From sequence record PV611058.1: DNA of 64,000 bases; one strand, written 5' to 3'. The first letter of the stretch is position 1. Each line of letters starts with the position of its first letter. The notes below the pieces were generated by a model. The model worked only from the letters and a program-made list of their open reading frames with translations, had not been told where the DNA came from and searched no databases. The position numbers and the translations under genes were made by a program. This document shows positions 28,475-38,907 of the stretch, in pieces.

Positions 28475-28986
28475 TGAACTTCTTCATGGAAGAACAGTGG
28501 GTAAATTTGTATCAATTTTTCTTTAAGTTCAAGTGAATGGCATAATTCTAATGCTTTGATACAATCTTCATATTGAACTAAGCTATGTATTGTACTTAAC
28601 TGGAAATGTTGTTCTTCAGAGTAAGCTAAATCATATACCAAATTATCATCTAAAAGGTTTGATTTCTTTGAAGGATCAAGTACTGTGTTGCTATGACCTA
28701 CCCAGAAAAAAGCATTGGTGTTCATATTATTACAACCCCAACCTGCCCCCATTTTCTGGTGAATAGCAAAGACACAACTATCATAGAGATTAATACCAAG
28801 ACGTTCTTCGTTGACATAAATCGTAACACCATCGATTGTCATGGTTATTTGGAAACGCATTGAACCTTCACTTCGTGAACGTGCACAGAAGCCAAGATAA
28901 CGGTTAATAATTGTATTGATTTTATCTGCCCATCCTTCCACATCTTTGGATGCACATAATTTAAAAAGATCATGACTTTGATTCAT
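28435..28986 (-). CDS. family A paralog
   Basis: SEEQHFQLSTIH. Confidence 0.8.
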   Translation of the reverse strand: MNQSHDLFKLCASKDVEGWADKINTIINRYLGFCARSRSEGSMRFQITMTIDGVTIYVNEERLGINLYDSCVFAIHQKMGAGWGCNNMNTNAFFWVGHSNTVLDPSKKSNLLDDNLVYDLAYSEEQHFQLSTIHSLVQYEDCIKALELCHSLELKEKLIQIYPLFFHEEVQCTLDHILYGYDK

Positions 28987-28997
28987 GTAGTTCTCCG

Positions 28998-29579
28998 TTA
29001 ATCAAGCATAAGTGGCATCATCGCCCATATCTTTTTCATAATCATATCTTCAGTAAAAACAAACGTTTTAGGTGCAGTATATGATATTGACAACCCAAAT
29101 GGAAGTACGATTGCATCATCAATTATATTATGAATATCAAACCATGTTTTTACACAATCATATGGTGGAAGTTCATGTATTGTACTTAACTGAAAGTATT
29201 GTTCTTCACCAAATGTACTGCAATCAATATCACAAATTTTAGTGAATTGATGATTCCATTTAGATATAATACTGTTTTTATTATTGAACATATTAGTTCT
29301 ATGCATGAAACCATTTCTGCTAATATGATTTGATATTGCGTTTTCTTCAATATCATTGCTTATTTTAAAATTCATGTCAAAGTTGTAGTGCGAACTCGAC
29401 GATTCTTTGAATTTTAAATGAAAATAACGATTGTTATTAATTTCCATTTCAATACAAAACACATCTGAATCAAAACGATTAAACTTGTAATCGTTGTCTT
29501 CAGGTAGAGTCTGTAATTTTTTCATAACACCAAGCATAGGGTGCACTAAGCTTCTAATAAAATCATTAGTTATTTTCAT
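28998..29579 (-). CDS. family A paralog
   Basis: GEEQYFQLSTIH. Confidence 0.8.
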   Translation of the reverse strand: MKITNDFIRSLVHPMLGVMKKLQTLPEDNDYKFNRFDSDVFCIEMEINNNRYFHLKFKESSSSHYNFDMNFKISNDIEENAISNHISRNGFMHRTNMFNNKNSIISKWNHQFTKICDIDCSTFGEEQYFQLSTIHELPPYDCVKTWFDIHNIIDDAIVLPFGLSISYTAPKTFVFTEDMIMKKIWAMMPLMLD

Positions 29580-30072
29580 AGTATTCCTTTAGAACTTTAA
29601 ATGATTCAACAATACTATCTTGTGTGTAATTAGAACTATATACAATTGCATTTGATTTGATTGACCACAGATATGACATAAAGGTTATAACACTACTACA
29701 TGAACTTAATGTATTGTTTTGGAATTCATTTTCTTCAATGTTATCAGTACTGGTATTGATGAATTGGATAGTATCTTGTTTCTGATTAGACATTGAAACT
29801 AAAGTACAATCAGTATAAGGAGTGTACAAAAACGTCTCATTACTAATTGAACTATCATTAGTATATGATGGTTTGGTAATATAAATCAAACGCATGATAT
29901 CACGCTCAATACCCGATTTACGACTTTCCACTAAAGAAATCATATCTATATTTTTCATATGATCAACATTGACATGGAACTTTTTGTTTAGAATTACATC
30001 TTTTGGGGAATTTTTATATGAAGATAAGATCTCATACATCTCAACTAATTCTCGTGCATTTAATAAACTCAT
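29566..30072 (-). CDS. family A paralog
   Basis: IEENEFQNNTL. Confidence 0.75.
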   Translation of the reverse strand: MSLLNARELVEMYEILSSYKNSPKDVILNKKFHVNVDHMKNIDMISLVESRKSGIERDIMRLIYITKPSYTNDSSISNETFLYTPYTDCTLVSMSNQKQDTIQFINTSTDNIEENEFQNNTLSSCSSVITFMSYLWSIKSNAIVYSSNYTQDSIVESFKVLKEYYENN

Positions 30073-30497
30073 GTTTTGTCTCTTAATGAAAGAATATCCT
30101 TAGTATAAACTGATACAGAAATGTGATTGTATTTCATCATTAATTTATACACATAAGAAGCTAGTACTAAATCGTAAATTAATTTAGTATCATACAGTAC
30201 TCCGTATTGTAAAGCAAGTGAATCAATATCATCTTTACTTTCAATATCCAGAAATGTGCCGAAATATGTAGTACCGTGGAGATGAAAATTGGAATTAATG
30301 CAATCAATGCATTCATTGTCCAACAGAGTAGATGATGATGCCCTCGGTGAATCCCAAATAGTCACTGCGTGTATGCCCTCAACGAACAAATCTATCCATA
30401 TTTTGTGTCGTTGTCTTTTTTTTGTTTTATAATTTTCTGGATTTGAAAGTGTAGTTTCAATTATATCCCATATGTATAAGCATTCATCTCTTGTCAT
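30069..30497 (-). CDS. hypothetical protein (possible degenerate family A)
   Basis: DIDSLALQYGVLYD. Confidence 0.7.
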   Translation of the reverse strand: MTRDECLYIWDIIETTLSNPENYKTKKRQRHKIWIDLFVEGIHAVTIWDSPRASSSTLLDNECIDCINSNFHLHGTTYFGTFLDIESKDDIDSLALQYGVLYDTKLIYDLVLASYVYKLMMKYNHISVSVYTKDILSLRDKT

Positions 30498-31075
30498 TAT
30501 AGCACCTTGTCCATTGCTGCATTTAATGCTTTTAAACGATCAACATTCAAAGTATTGAAGATGTACGTTCCTAAAATGTGGAAATCGAACTGGTTCTTTT
30601 TGTATGTGTGATAAATTAAACTACAAAAAACAACAGTACTAAGAACCTCTTCCGGTATAACGGTGCTCATCTGAAACAGTTCTTCATCAACTGTACTTGA
30701 TTCTGGATTGATAGCTTTTAACTCATACTCTTTATCACCGAATAGTACTTTAATATTATATAAAACACCAACAGTACTAATATGAAATGGATGGTGTGAA
30801 AAACTTCCATCATCATTAATTTGGATATCGGATCTAATCTCGCACTCTTCATTACTTTTACTATTATTTTTTACAATACAAATATTCCTGGCACCAGAAA
30901 TAGTAAGAATACCGTGATCGTAATATTCTTTGGACATACATTTAGATGAAAATGACACATCACGAATGAGGTAATGTTTGTTAATTTCTTTGGTACTACC
31001 AACAATGGATAACATTTTTGTACTGATATCATATAGCTGTTGGTGTCGGGCTGTCATATAACTATAAGCGTTCAT
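30497..31075 (-). CDS. family A paralog
   Basis: VDEELFQMSTVI. Confidence 0.8.
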   Translation of the reverse strand: MNAYSYMTARHQQLYDISTKMLSIVGSTKEINKHYLIRDVSFSSKCMSKEYYDHGILTISGARNICIVKNNSKSNEECEIRSDIQINDDGSFSHHPFHISTVGVLYNIKVLFGDKEYELKAINPESSTVDEELFQMSTVIPEEVLSTVVFCSLIYHTYKKNQFDFHILGTYIFNTLNVDRLKALNAAMDKVL

Positions 31076-31646
31076 ATGTATCCTTGATGTTTTTGATTGC
31101 CGTGTGTAGCTCTTTTAATGTATCGGATTCACAGTTAATGAACTTACTATACATTACCAATTCACCAGTGTCAATAGCTTTTGCAGTTTCATAGCAAAGC
31201 ATCATGTACTCAAACTCCTTGAAGTTGTCAAGTACTGATCTCTGGAAAATGTATGCTTCACGAATGTCTTCACTTTGATCTAGTTCTGGTGGAATTTCCA
31301 AATATGTATCATTCTCTACGTCATCAAAATTAGATTCAACAATTCGATTAATATCTTCGTGTAAAGCATTGACAAATATCATGTTTGGAGTAATGGAACC
31401 AATTCGCTCACTATGCCTTGATGTACGGATATACATTGCCATAGTATCCCATGAACCTTTTTTTGTCGTTCCATAATCGTAAACTTTATAAGACTCCAGT
31501 ACTACTGAACCAAAACGATATGGTGATTTGCATTCAACTTTAAGACGATAATTTCCAATAGGCTCATGTTCAGTAATGTTGTGCTTTTCAGATAGTTCTG
31601 CAATGTCATGCATCAATTTCATAATTTGAATGTGTTCAGCTTGCAT
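31062..31646 (-). CDS. family A paralog
   Basis: IREAYIFQRSVL. Confidence 0.8.
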   Translation of the reverse strand: MQAEHIQIMKLMHDIAELSEKHNITEHEPIGNYRLKVECKSPYRFGSVVLESYKVYDYGTTKKGSWDTMAMYIRTSRHSERIGSITPNMIFVNALHEDINRIVESNFDDVENDTYLEIPPELDQSEDIREAYIFQRSVLDNFKEFEYMMLCYETAKAIDTGELVMYSKFINCESDTLKELHTAIKNIKDTYERL

Positions 31647-32209
31647 TATAAGTCCTCTAATTTAACAGGTACATGTTCATTGATGAACGTCTTAAGAGCC
31701 AGTACTAGATCTTCTAATTCTTCTGTACTGAATTTTAATATAGTTTTAAAGATTATCAATTCATTTCTTTCTATAATCTTTGGAATTTCATATGCTAACA
31801 TAAGATTGCGAACAGTACCAGCGTTGTGTATGAGGTTCGCATTGAATAAAAGTACATCGTACTCGTCTTTTTTAATTTTATAATTGTACTCTTCAATTAC
31901 TTCATGTGTGTATGTATTCTTATAAGCAATTTTATTTTTATGAAATTTATAACCAACAGTAACACTATCATCATAAAATGTAGAACGATAATCTTGTTTT
32001 CTATCGCCGGACGAAATGATGTGTAATGCGGTGTATTTGTCCTCAACATCTAACTCAATGTTTGCATAACTGTTAACGGTTTCATTCTTTAGGACGTTAA
32101 TGTTATATTTCTCATTAACTTTAATGTACTGGCGTGAACCATTATCATCAATGAACTTAAAACAATGCTTTACCAACAATGTGATTTCTTTAATTAATTC
32201 AGTACTCAT
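31646..32209 (-). CDS. hypothetical protein (possible degenerate family A)
   Basis: EYDVLLFNANLIH. Confidence 0.75.
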   Translation of the reverse strand: MSTELIKEITLLVKHCFKFIDDNGSRQYIKVNEKYNINVLKNETVNSYANIELDVEDKYTALHIISSGDRKQDYRSTFYDDSVTVGYKFHKNKIAYKNTYTHEVIEEYNYKIKKDEYDVLLFNANLIHNAGTVRNLMLAYEIPKIIERNELIIFKTILKFSTEELEDLVLALKTFINEHVPVKLEDL

Positions 32210-32236
32210 ATCTTCTCCTGTACTCTGTTAAAAGCG

Positions 32237-32265
32237 ATTATAACACACCTGAATGCTCATGTAAA
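32237..32265 (-). promoter_or_regulatory. sigma70-like promoter
   Basis: TTTACA-17nt-TATAAT with TGn. Confidence 0.75.
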
Positions 32266-32274
32266 GCACTAAAC

Positions 32275-32298
32275 AAAAAAAGACCCATAAGGGTCTTT
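32275..32298 (-). terminator. intrinsic terminator
   Basis: AAAGACCC-TTAT-GGGTCTTT followed by T-run. Confidence 0.8.
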
Positions 32299-32881
32299 AT
32301 TTTGGTAAAACGCTGTCAATGTACGCTAGAGCCTCATCTCGGAGGTACGTTCCATCTATTGTTATGTAATAGTTCTTAGGGATATCACTACCAATCTTCT
32401 CGTAAATTTTCATACATGATATCACATCTTCATCACAAATGGTACTCAATTGAAACTGTACTTCATCAGTTAAAGGTACGATATCATGTTTAGATGGGGG
32501 GTTGGTATTTTCATTCAAAACAATATCAAACAAATTAGGAGTATTCTTTGACGAAATGTAACGATGTTTACTACGAATTACCATTCTCGACAGAGAAATA
32601 CTGGAACTCCATCTTGGGTCCACATCTTCGTATGTTAACGCAATTAACATTTCATAATAATCTTGGAATTTCATTGATGCATAATATGTTTTGTCCTCAC
32701 CGTACATTCCAAATGATTTGAATTCAATGTCACCTACATTGTGTGTATCGCTATCACTATTCACGAATTTTAACAGACTGTTGATTAGTCTGATTAGAAT
32801 ATCATCTTTATTCATTATCAGATAACTCCCTGTGCATGTTGTATAAATCTCTAAAGTCCTGATAGAAATCTTTTTCTTCAA
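32297..32881 (-). CDS. family A paralog
   Basis: LTDEVQFQLSTI; true start probably MNKDD. Confidence 0.8.
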   Translation of the reverse strand: MKKKISIRTLEIYTTCTGSYLIMNKDDILIRLINSLLKFVNSDSDTHNVGDIEFKSFGMYGEDKTYYASMKFQDYYEMLIALTYEDVDPRWSSSISLSRMVIRSKHRYISSKNTPNLFDIVLNENTNPPSKHDIVPLTDEVQFQLSTICDEDVISCMKIYEKIGSDIPKNYYITIDGTYLRDEALAYIDSVLPK

Positions 32882-33365
32882 GAATATCTTTTAAACTAGG
32901 AATCTCATCCATAATCTCATCGATATCAGTTTCAATAGTAAAACCTGATTTATAATTTTGTAAGAGATAACTAAAAGCAACAAGATAAAGAATTTCATTT
33001 GGTTTATGAATTAACATGTGTTGGAACATAACTGATTCTAAATCAGATTCAGTACTAAGGTCAGCATAACATGTATCGTTGGTGTCAATTCGTACTTTAC
33101 TTGAATTTGGATTCCATGTAAAGCAATGTGTTCCAACTGTTCCCAAACATCCTACTCTTGTACTATCATTTGTTCCCAAAAAGATATCAAAATACGTTTC
33201 ATCTGTATAATCGTATTTTTGTACTTTACCTTTTTTAAGGCATAAATCATTATCCTTTCGAAAAGTTTTAGATGATAGTGTATCAATGATGCACATTAAT
33301 GTTTTTGCAAATGCAATACAATGACGTAATTCAAGTCTATGTAAATTATAATTAGTAAAATTCAT
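32808..33365 (-). CDS. family A paralog
   Basis: LESVMFQHMLIH. Confidence 0.8.
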   Translation of the reverse strand: MNFTNYNLHRLELRHCIAFAKTLMCIIDTLSSKTFRKDNDLCLKKGKVQKYDYTDETYFDIFLGTNDSTRVGCLGTVGTHCFTWNPNSSKVRIDTNDTCYADLSTESDLESVMFQHMLIHKPNEILYLVAFSYLLQNYKSGFTIETDIDEIMDEIPSLKDILEEKDFYQDFRDLYNMHRELSDNE

Positions 33366-33904
33366 AATTGTACCTTCAATATTTTATCAGCAATTGATAT
33401 AACCTTCTCATTGAATACATTACCAATCTCAATTCTTATATACATCGCAGGTGGAATCTTTCCCTGAAGTGCATAATATGTTTGTATACCTAAGTACTCA
33501 TTATTTGATAATGAAAATTTGATTCTCTCCATATCTATGTCTGATGTTGGTAAATCTAGTAGTTCATGGTTGTAGTCAACATTTTCAGTGTATATCTGTT
33601 CGACGTAATTTGAATGATCACTACTAATGTAGATACTATCATCACGAATAATTACTTTATAATCAGAAGGTTCAAACTTATCTTTAGGAGAAAAGAAGAC
33701 ATCATCTATCTTCTCTTCTCGTATACCGAATAACAATTTACCATCGTACTTTACATCAAGCATATTACCTAGAATAGTAATTACACAATGTTCATCAATG
33801 TCATGACGTAATGAACGAGTCTTGTATTTTGGGTTAATGAAAATTTTCATTAATTTTATACAAATGTCGGCAATGCATTTTACATTATCATTTTCTATGT
33901 ACAT
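33362..33904 (-). CDS. hypothetical protein (possible degenerate family A)
   Basis: 180 aa within array; DMERIKFSL. Confidence 0.75.
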   Translation of the reverse strand: MYIENDNVKCIADICIKLMKIFINPKYKTRSLRHDIDEHCVITILGNMLDVKYDGKLLFGIREEKIDDVFFSPKDKFEPSDYKVIIRDDSIYISSDHSNYVEQIYTENVDYNHELLDLPTSDIDMERIKFSLSNNEYLGIQTYYALQGKIPPAMYIRIEIGNVFNEKVISIADKILKVQL

Positions 33905-34382
33905 CGTAAATCCTCTTTAATTCTTTTACATTTTTAATGAATACTTTCATTGCAGAAATCTCAAAAGCTAATGATTTAAATTTGCAGTACTTTTTAAAGT
34001 ACGACATAATGAATAGCATTTTGAGTTCTTTTTCTGTGTAAATTAAACTATTTTGAAAGTAACTTTCTTCTGATAAATCATCAAGAAAAGGATATACAAC
34101 TCCATTTGGAGTCAAGAACATGACACGTTCACTCCAAGATCTAAATGAAATGTAATCAGTCTTACCACATTCATATAATGAGTTTATCATGCCATCAATC
34201 ATTAAGGAGAACTCAATACTGTATCCTAATCGTTGACACTTGTATCTCTTATCTTCTTTCTTTGTAATTACGAAGTGACGACCCAATGCGTCTTTGTTAT
34301 CGAAAATGAAATTAACTGTCTCTAAACACTCCTTAGCGAACTTTATAGTTTCTCTGTACTTTCGGTTCATTAGTCTCTCCAA
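33888..34382 (-). CDS. family A paralog
   Basis: LSEESYFQNSLIY. Confidence 0.8.
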   Translation of the reverse strand: MERLMNRKYRETIKFAKECLETVNFIFDNKDALGRHFVITKKEDKRYKCQRLGYSIEFSLMIDGMINSLYECGKTDYISFRSWSERVMFLTPNGVVYPFLDDLSEESYFQNSLIYTEKELKMLFIMSYFKKYCKFKSLAFEISAMKVFIKNVKELKRIYDVHRK

Positions 34383-34783
34383 ACTTTACCAGGGAAGTGT
34401 TTCTCGTAGAACTCATCATCACTTAACATATAATCAGGTGTTTCTACTTCTATGGGTTTGTAGAATGTTTCTGGAATGTGTGTAATTTTATTGGGTAGTA
34501 CTTTATGTTCGCGTAAAACCTTCTGTATAGCTCCTAGACGTTGTAAATCAATACAACCCGGCAGAACTAAGCTGTACTGAAATAGCTCATCAGGGGTCAT
34601 TATAGATACATCCTTGGCTTGTTTGATTTTATTGTTGGCATTAATGAATATATCAAAACCAAGTACTGCATTATAGCTTACATATGTTGTTTTGTTTTTG
34701 TCAATAGCTGCACTTAAACTATATCCATATATTCCATGTTGGTCAACAATGCATCGTTGCATAATTTTAATCATTTCGAACAT
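34370..34783 (-). CDS. family A paralog
   Basis: MTPDELFQYSLV. Confidence 0.8.
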   Translation of the reverse strand: MFEMIKIMQRCIVDQHGIYGYSLSAAIDKNKTTYVSYNAVLGFDIFINANNKIKQAKDVSIMTPDELFQYSLVLPGCIDLQRLGAIQKVLREHKVLPNKITHIPETFYKPIEVETPDYMLSDDEFYEKHFPGKVWRD

Positions 34784-35129
34784 AATTTACCTCGTATGTG
34801 TTATAATTCCACGTTTTAACACTATCCATTTGTATATCCTGAACTTCATGGAAATATTTAAGTACCTTCTGGTATTCCATTAGTTCGTACACATCTTCAG
34901 TATTGACAGTGCTCTCCTGAAACAATTCCTCTTCTGATAAAGTACTATAATCAGGGATTTTTATTTCAGAATATATCTCATTCATATATGAATCATTTTG
35001 GTAAATCTGTAGATAAAACTGATTATATTCAGGGATATAGGTTACGAAATGGTTCTTGATGAATTCATATCTTGAAGCAAAGCAATCATTGCCATCCGTC
35101 ATGTACTGAATTGTTGTTGTATTATGCAT
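34767..35129 (-). CDS. family A paralog
   Basis: LSEEELFQESTV. Confidence 0.8.
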   Translation of the reverse strand: MHNTTTIQYMTDGNDCFASRYEFIKNHFVTYIPEYNQFYLQIYQNDSYMNEIYSEIKIPDYSTLSEEELFQESTVNTEDVYELMEYQKVLKYFHEVQDIQMDSVKTWNYNTYEVNYVRND

Positions 35130-35604
35130 TCAAATAATCCACGCATTTATGGTATACATCTAAATCTAAAAAGAATCGTTGTTTGTATTTGTAATGATGA
35201 AGTAGTGCACCATAAAGTAATATAGCATTAAGTACTTTTGCATCATGAATACAAGACCCTTGGAAGTACATTTCTTCTGTCATGAAAACTAACTCATTGT
35301 ACGGGATAAGCACTGAATCTCTAAATGTATCAATGTTAATCTTCAAATCGGACCCTTGGCAATATGAAATATATTCACCTCGGTAATGAAAGTCATTATC
35401 GTCAAAGTACTCAGCATATACTTGATTGTTCCTATTATTTTTAAAGGCAAGTCTTCCTTTGGTTGAACTGAATTGGTCATATTGGAACATTCCACCAAAA
35501 GGCATTCCACCGAAAGGTTGGGGACTTCTGAACTCCTTTGCAATGCGATGAATGTTAGATGCAAATTCTAAAACACCATCGTAATCATATTCTGTTGTAA
35601 TCAT
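35122..35604 (-). CDS. family A paralog
   Basis: MTEEMYFQGSCIH. Confidence 0.8.
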   Translation of the reverse strand: MITTEYDYDGVLEFASNIHRIAKEFRSPQPFGGMPFGGMFQYDQFSSTKGRLAFKNNRNNQVYAEYFDDNDFHYRGEYISYCQGSDLKINIDTFRDSVLIPYNELVFMTEEMYFQGSCIHDAKVLNAILLYGALLHHYKYKQRFFLDLDVYHKCVDYLNA

Positions 35605-36080
35605 AGACCATTTTTCTCCATGTACTCAATGATTTCATCTACGAAGTTTAAATCCATATAGAATCTATCATCTGCGTCATTGAGTTCATCTTTAAGTACT
35701 GTAAAAATTGTAGAACTAAACACGATTCTCTCATTGTACAAAGTACTGTACTGGAAGAATTCTTCTTCTGATCTAACATTAAATGTGTCATATTCATCAT
35801 CATCATTAGATCTAGGATGATAGTACTTAAAACTATCAGATGTATGGAAACAATATGAGATAAAATCCCCTGATGGTGCATCGTCAAGTACACGAATACC
35901 ACAGAAATTCTCATCTGTAGTATGCAACAAATTGCTATTCATTGACAAATAATTTTTGTACGCATAAAGTGTGCATCGTGGGAGAATTATATTCTCTTTA
36001 ACTGTTACAAAGAACTTATGAAGTTTAATGATATTTTGTGCGATTTTTTGTGCATTGCTAAATGATAGGTCTTTGGACAT
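35601..36080 (-). CDS. family A paralog
   Basis: RSEEEFFQYSTLY. Confidence 0.8.
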   Translation of the reverse strand: MSKDLSFSNAQKIAQNIIKLHKFFVTVKENIILPRCTLYAYKNYLSMNSNLLHTTDENFCGIRVLDDAPSGDFISYCFHTSDSFKYYHPRSNDDDEYDTFNVRSEEEFFQYSTLYNERIVFSSTIFTVLKDELNDADDRFYMDLNFVDEIIEYMEKNGL

Positions 36081-36113
36081 AGTGATATAACCCTTTACAA
36101 TTAATATAAAGAG

Positions 36114-36143
36114 ATTATATCACAAAGATTTGGAGGGTGTCAA
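36114..36143 (-). promoter_or_regulatory. sigma70-like promoter
   Basis: TTGACA-18nt-TATAAT with TGn. Confidence 0.75.
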
Positions 36144-36730
36144 GAGTTCTCACGAAGTTCTACCATTTCTTTCCATACTAAATGGTAATCTTCTAAGTCC
36201 AGATAGAAGTCTTCATTTAAGTGCTCATATAAGTACTTGTACATGAATAGTACACCTAAATTGTATTCAGTATTAAGCAATGATTGTTGGAAGTAGTTTT
36301 CTTCATTTAGTTCTATATCCATGAACTCAAATCTACCTAGACCTTTTAATGTACGTATCTCAACATGTGAAGTATCTGTTTTACTGAAGCACATGAATCC
36401 ACCTCTAAATTCGGGATCATATTCACATTCATACTGTCCACTGTTATTATAGAAATCTCTATTACCATCCTTATCTTTTGGCTTAACAACTGATACGTGA
36501 AGGTCGTCATCTTTGTACATTGTACGTTCTGGCGTTTTCACACATTTTAACTTATTTTCTTTAATGTACTTGATAATATCAATTATATCTTGTGCAGTAC
36601 TGATTGCTGCCTCGAACGTATCCAACTTAAGATGATTGTATAGAGTTCCCTCGTTCTTTATTTTATCTAACATACTAACCTCATAGTTCATACATCTTTG
36701 ATTTGAATTGCATTGGTCCACCAACTTCAC
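36140..36730 (-). CDS. family A paralog
   Basis: LNEENYFQQSLL; true start probably MLDKIK. Confidence 0.8.
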   Translation of the reverse strand: MKLVDQCNSNQRCMNYEVSMLDKIKNEGTLYNHLKLDTFEAAISTAQDIIDIIKYIKENKLKCVKTPERTMYKDDDLHVSVVKPKDKDGNRDFYNNSGQYECEYDPEFRGGFMCFSKTDTSHVEIRTLKGLGRFEFMDIELNEENYFQQSLLNTEYNLGVLFMYKYLYEHLNEDFYLDLEDYHLVWKEMVELRENS

Positions 36731-37019
36731 ATGGATAATTTTCCATAATACGATTCAAAAGTATCTGGTACTGTTGTAGTACTTCAATTTCCAAATGTAT
36801 ACTACTATCCAGTACTAATGACTCCTGGAACAATTCACCTGTATCTAAACATGAAAAATCATTTATAGTTAGCATTGGCTTATCATTGGTACGCAATGTA
36901 AATGATTCCTCATTTCGGATTAATGTACAGAATTCATTATGTTTTCTGTTATAATTCATTTTAACCAATAATAACTTAGTGTGAGTTGCGTACATTATTT
37001 TTACTAATTCAGTCTTCAT
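36681..37019 (-). CDS. family A paralog
   Basis: DTGELFQESLV. Confidence 0.8.
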   Translation of the reverse strand: MKTELVKIMYATHTKLLLVKMNYNRKHNEFCTLIRNEESFTLRTNDKPMLTINDFSCLDTGELFQESLVLDSSIHLEIEVLQQYQILLNRIMENYPCEVGGPMQFKSKMYEL

Positions 37020-37368
37020 AACGGAATAAAATTCTCCTGTACTGCTCCGGCTTAGTACTCAATCTCTTCACCGGATAATTGTCGAAGATCCTTTTCATTT
37101 CTTTCTGGATTAAACAAAGAAAATCAAAATCACAATAGTATTTTTTATCCCATACTAAACTTTCTTGAAATAACTCATCTTCTTGCATTAGCGTAGTATC
37201 AATTGTATCTTCACGTGTATTTGAGTACGCTTCATGACATTGAAAACCATCTTCTGATAATTCTAATGTATATGCCGCCATTTCAAACATATCATCATTT
37301 GTCTTTAACGAAAGTAAACAACAAACGTATTTTTTCGTTGTGTAGTACGTAATACTAATGGTATTCAT
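37009..37368 (-). CDS. family A paralog
   Basis: QEDELFQESLVWD. Confidence 0.8.
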   Translation of the reverse strand: MNTISITYYTTKKYVCCLLSLKTNDDMFEMAAYTLELSEDGFQCHEAYSNTREDTIDTTLMQEDELFQESLVWDKKYYCDFDFLCLIQKEMKRIFDNYPVKRLSTKPEQYRRILFRYED

Positions 37369-37373
37369 GGCAT

Positions 37374-37976
37374 TTAAACCTCAGTATAAAGCTTACAATA
37401 GCTTTCATCGAAATCAAAAATACTTCTCAAGAACTGACAAAGGTCAGTAAAAATATTTACATTTGCTATATACACATTATCAAATTCTGTTCTTTCGAAG
37501 AATGTATGCATAGAATTTGTAATATATCTCATTGCAGATTCACGCTGCATTGTTATATCATTTGTGAACATCGCATCTTCATCAGTACTGACTAATTCAA
37601 TATCAAATGATTGCATATATGGGATACTCTTTCCTAGTGCAAAGCTATCACCGTATGATGCTTCAACTGCACCTTTAGAATACACCAATTGATATAAGTC
37701 CGAAATAGGGTTATAAAAAGTACGACATATTGATGAACATAATTTATTATCTATCCAAAAGAAAACCCTATTTGTATTACCGTCAAATGCTATACGCAAT
37801 CCATCACCATCTAACGATATATCACCATCGAGATTAAAAGAGAACTGAACTAATGCTTTTTCTAAGTCCATTCTTTTGTGATAAATGATTTCTTGCATAT
37901 AGATAATATCATTTACTAATTTCTTAAAATACAAATGAACCTCAATACTACAACATTTATTTGCATTTAATAACAT
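37374..37976 (-). CDS. hypothetical protein (possible degenerate family A)
   Basis: TDEDAMFTNDI. Confidence 0.75.
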   Translation of the reverse strand: MLLNANKCCSIEVHLYFKKLVNDIIYMQEIIYHKRMDLEKALVQFSFNLDGDISLDGDGLRIAFDGNTNRVFFWIDNKLCSSICRTFYNPISDLYQLVYSKGAVEASYGDSFALGKSIPYMQSFDIELVSTDEDAMFTNDITMQRESAMRYITNSMHTFFERTEFDNVYIANVNIFTDLCQFLRSIFDFDESYCKLYTEV

Positions 37977-38563
37977 AGTAGATCCTTATACATTGCATGT
38001 ATTCTTACAATGTCTCTGTAAGAACTCATATCTTCACGATTATCATTAAAAACAGTAACACTGAATACAGCAGTACTAATTGAACTATCAACAATGTACT
38101 CTTTTAATTTATTATAAAGATATATGCACTTAGTAGATGTATCATCCCACATAAGACTATTTTGAAAGATGTTTTCTTCTGTGTTAGGATATAAGTACTG
38201 CTCAATCTTGTACTCCAATGAACTATCACAGTTTTTATATACAGAAATAGATGGGACATTCATATTGCACATAATACTAATAACATTATCATTGTATGTA
38301 GAAATTAAACTGGTACTGGATGCTACACTTTCATCATAATTCAGTACTGAAATTCTTGCATTATCTGTGCAGTACAGATGTTTCATTCCACCTCTCATAG
38401 CCATAGTAAGAAATTTATCAGTGAACCATATTCCTTTTGTTTTCAGTATAGTTTCATGCATAATATAAGTTTCAATGAAGATTTTTACACGCTCAAATGC
38501 CAAGTCAAGTTCATTGTACATAACGGATATCCTTCTGTAAAGAATCAATATATTCTTTAACAA
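37967..38563 (-). CDS. family A paralog
   Basis: NTEENIFQNSLMWD; true start probably MYNELD. Confidence 0.8.
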   Translation of the reverse strand: MLKNILILYRRISVMYNELDLAFERVKIFIETYIMHETILKTKGIWFTDKFLTMAMRGGMKHLYCTDNARISVLNYDESVASSTSLISTYNDNVISIMCNMNVPSISVYKNCDSSLEYKIEQYLYPNTEENIFQNSLMWDDTSTKCIYLYNKLKEYIVDSSISTAVFSVTVFNDNREDMSSYRDIVRIHAMYKDLLCY

Positions 38564-38702
38564 CTTGTTCCTGATACTGTGTACCCAAATACATCAGTAC
38601 TTTTAATTCTTTGAATTCAGTACTATATGAGTCGGTTTGCATCATTTTAGAAGAATATATATTGAATAGTTTAGCAATATCATCTTGGTCTATTATTTTC
38701 AT
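38511..38702 (-). CDS. family B outlier
   Basis: YLGTQYQEQVV. Confidence 0.8.
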   Translation of the reverse strand: MKIIDQDDIAKLFNIYSSKMMQTDSYSTEFKELKVLMYLGTQYQEQVVKEYIDSLQKDIRYVQ

Positions 38703-38907
38703 ATATTCTCTTCTGGATTAGTTCCTGTAAGTGCTGAATATAACCCTTCATTGCAACATCCTGTTTGTTAGAGCCAACGAAGAACAATAGCTTAAAGTCA
38801 TGGTAATCCATTTTTGGTTTAGTAGTGAACCATATGTCCCACACTGCACTCACAGTTCTCATGTATTCAATTCGATTAAATGTTTTTGAATACTTCATCG
38901 AAATCAA
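38680..38907 (-). CDS. family B outlier
   Basis: FVGSNKQDVAM. Confidence 0.75.
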   Translation of the reverse strand: MISMKYSKTFNRIEYMRTVSAVWDIWFTTKPKMDYHDFKLLFFVGSNKQDVAMKGYIQHLQELIQKRIYENNRPR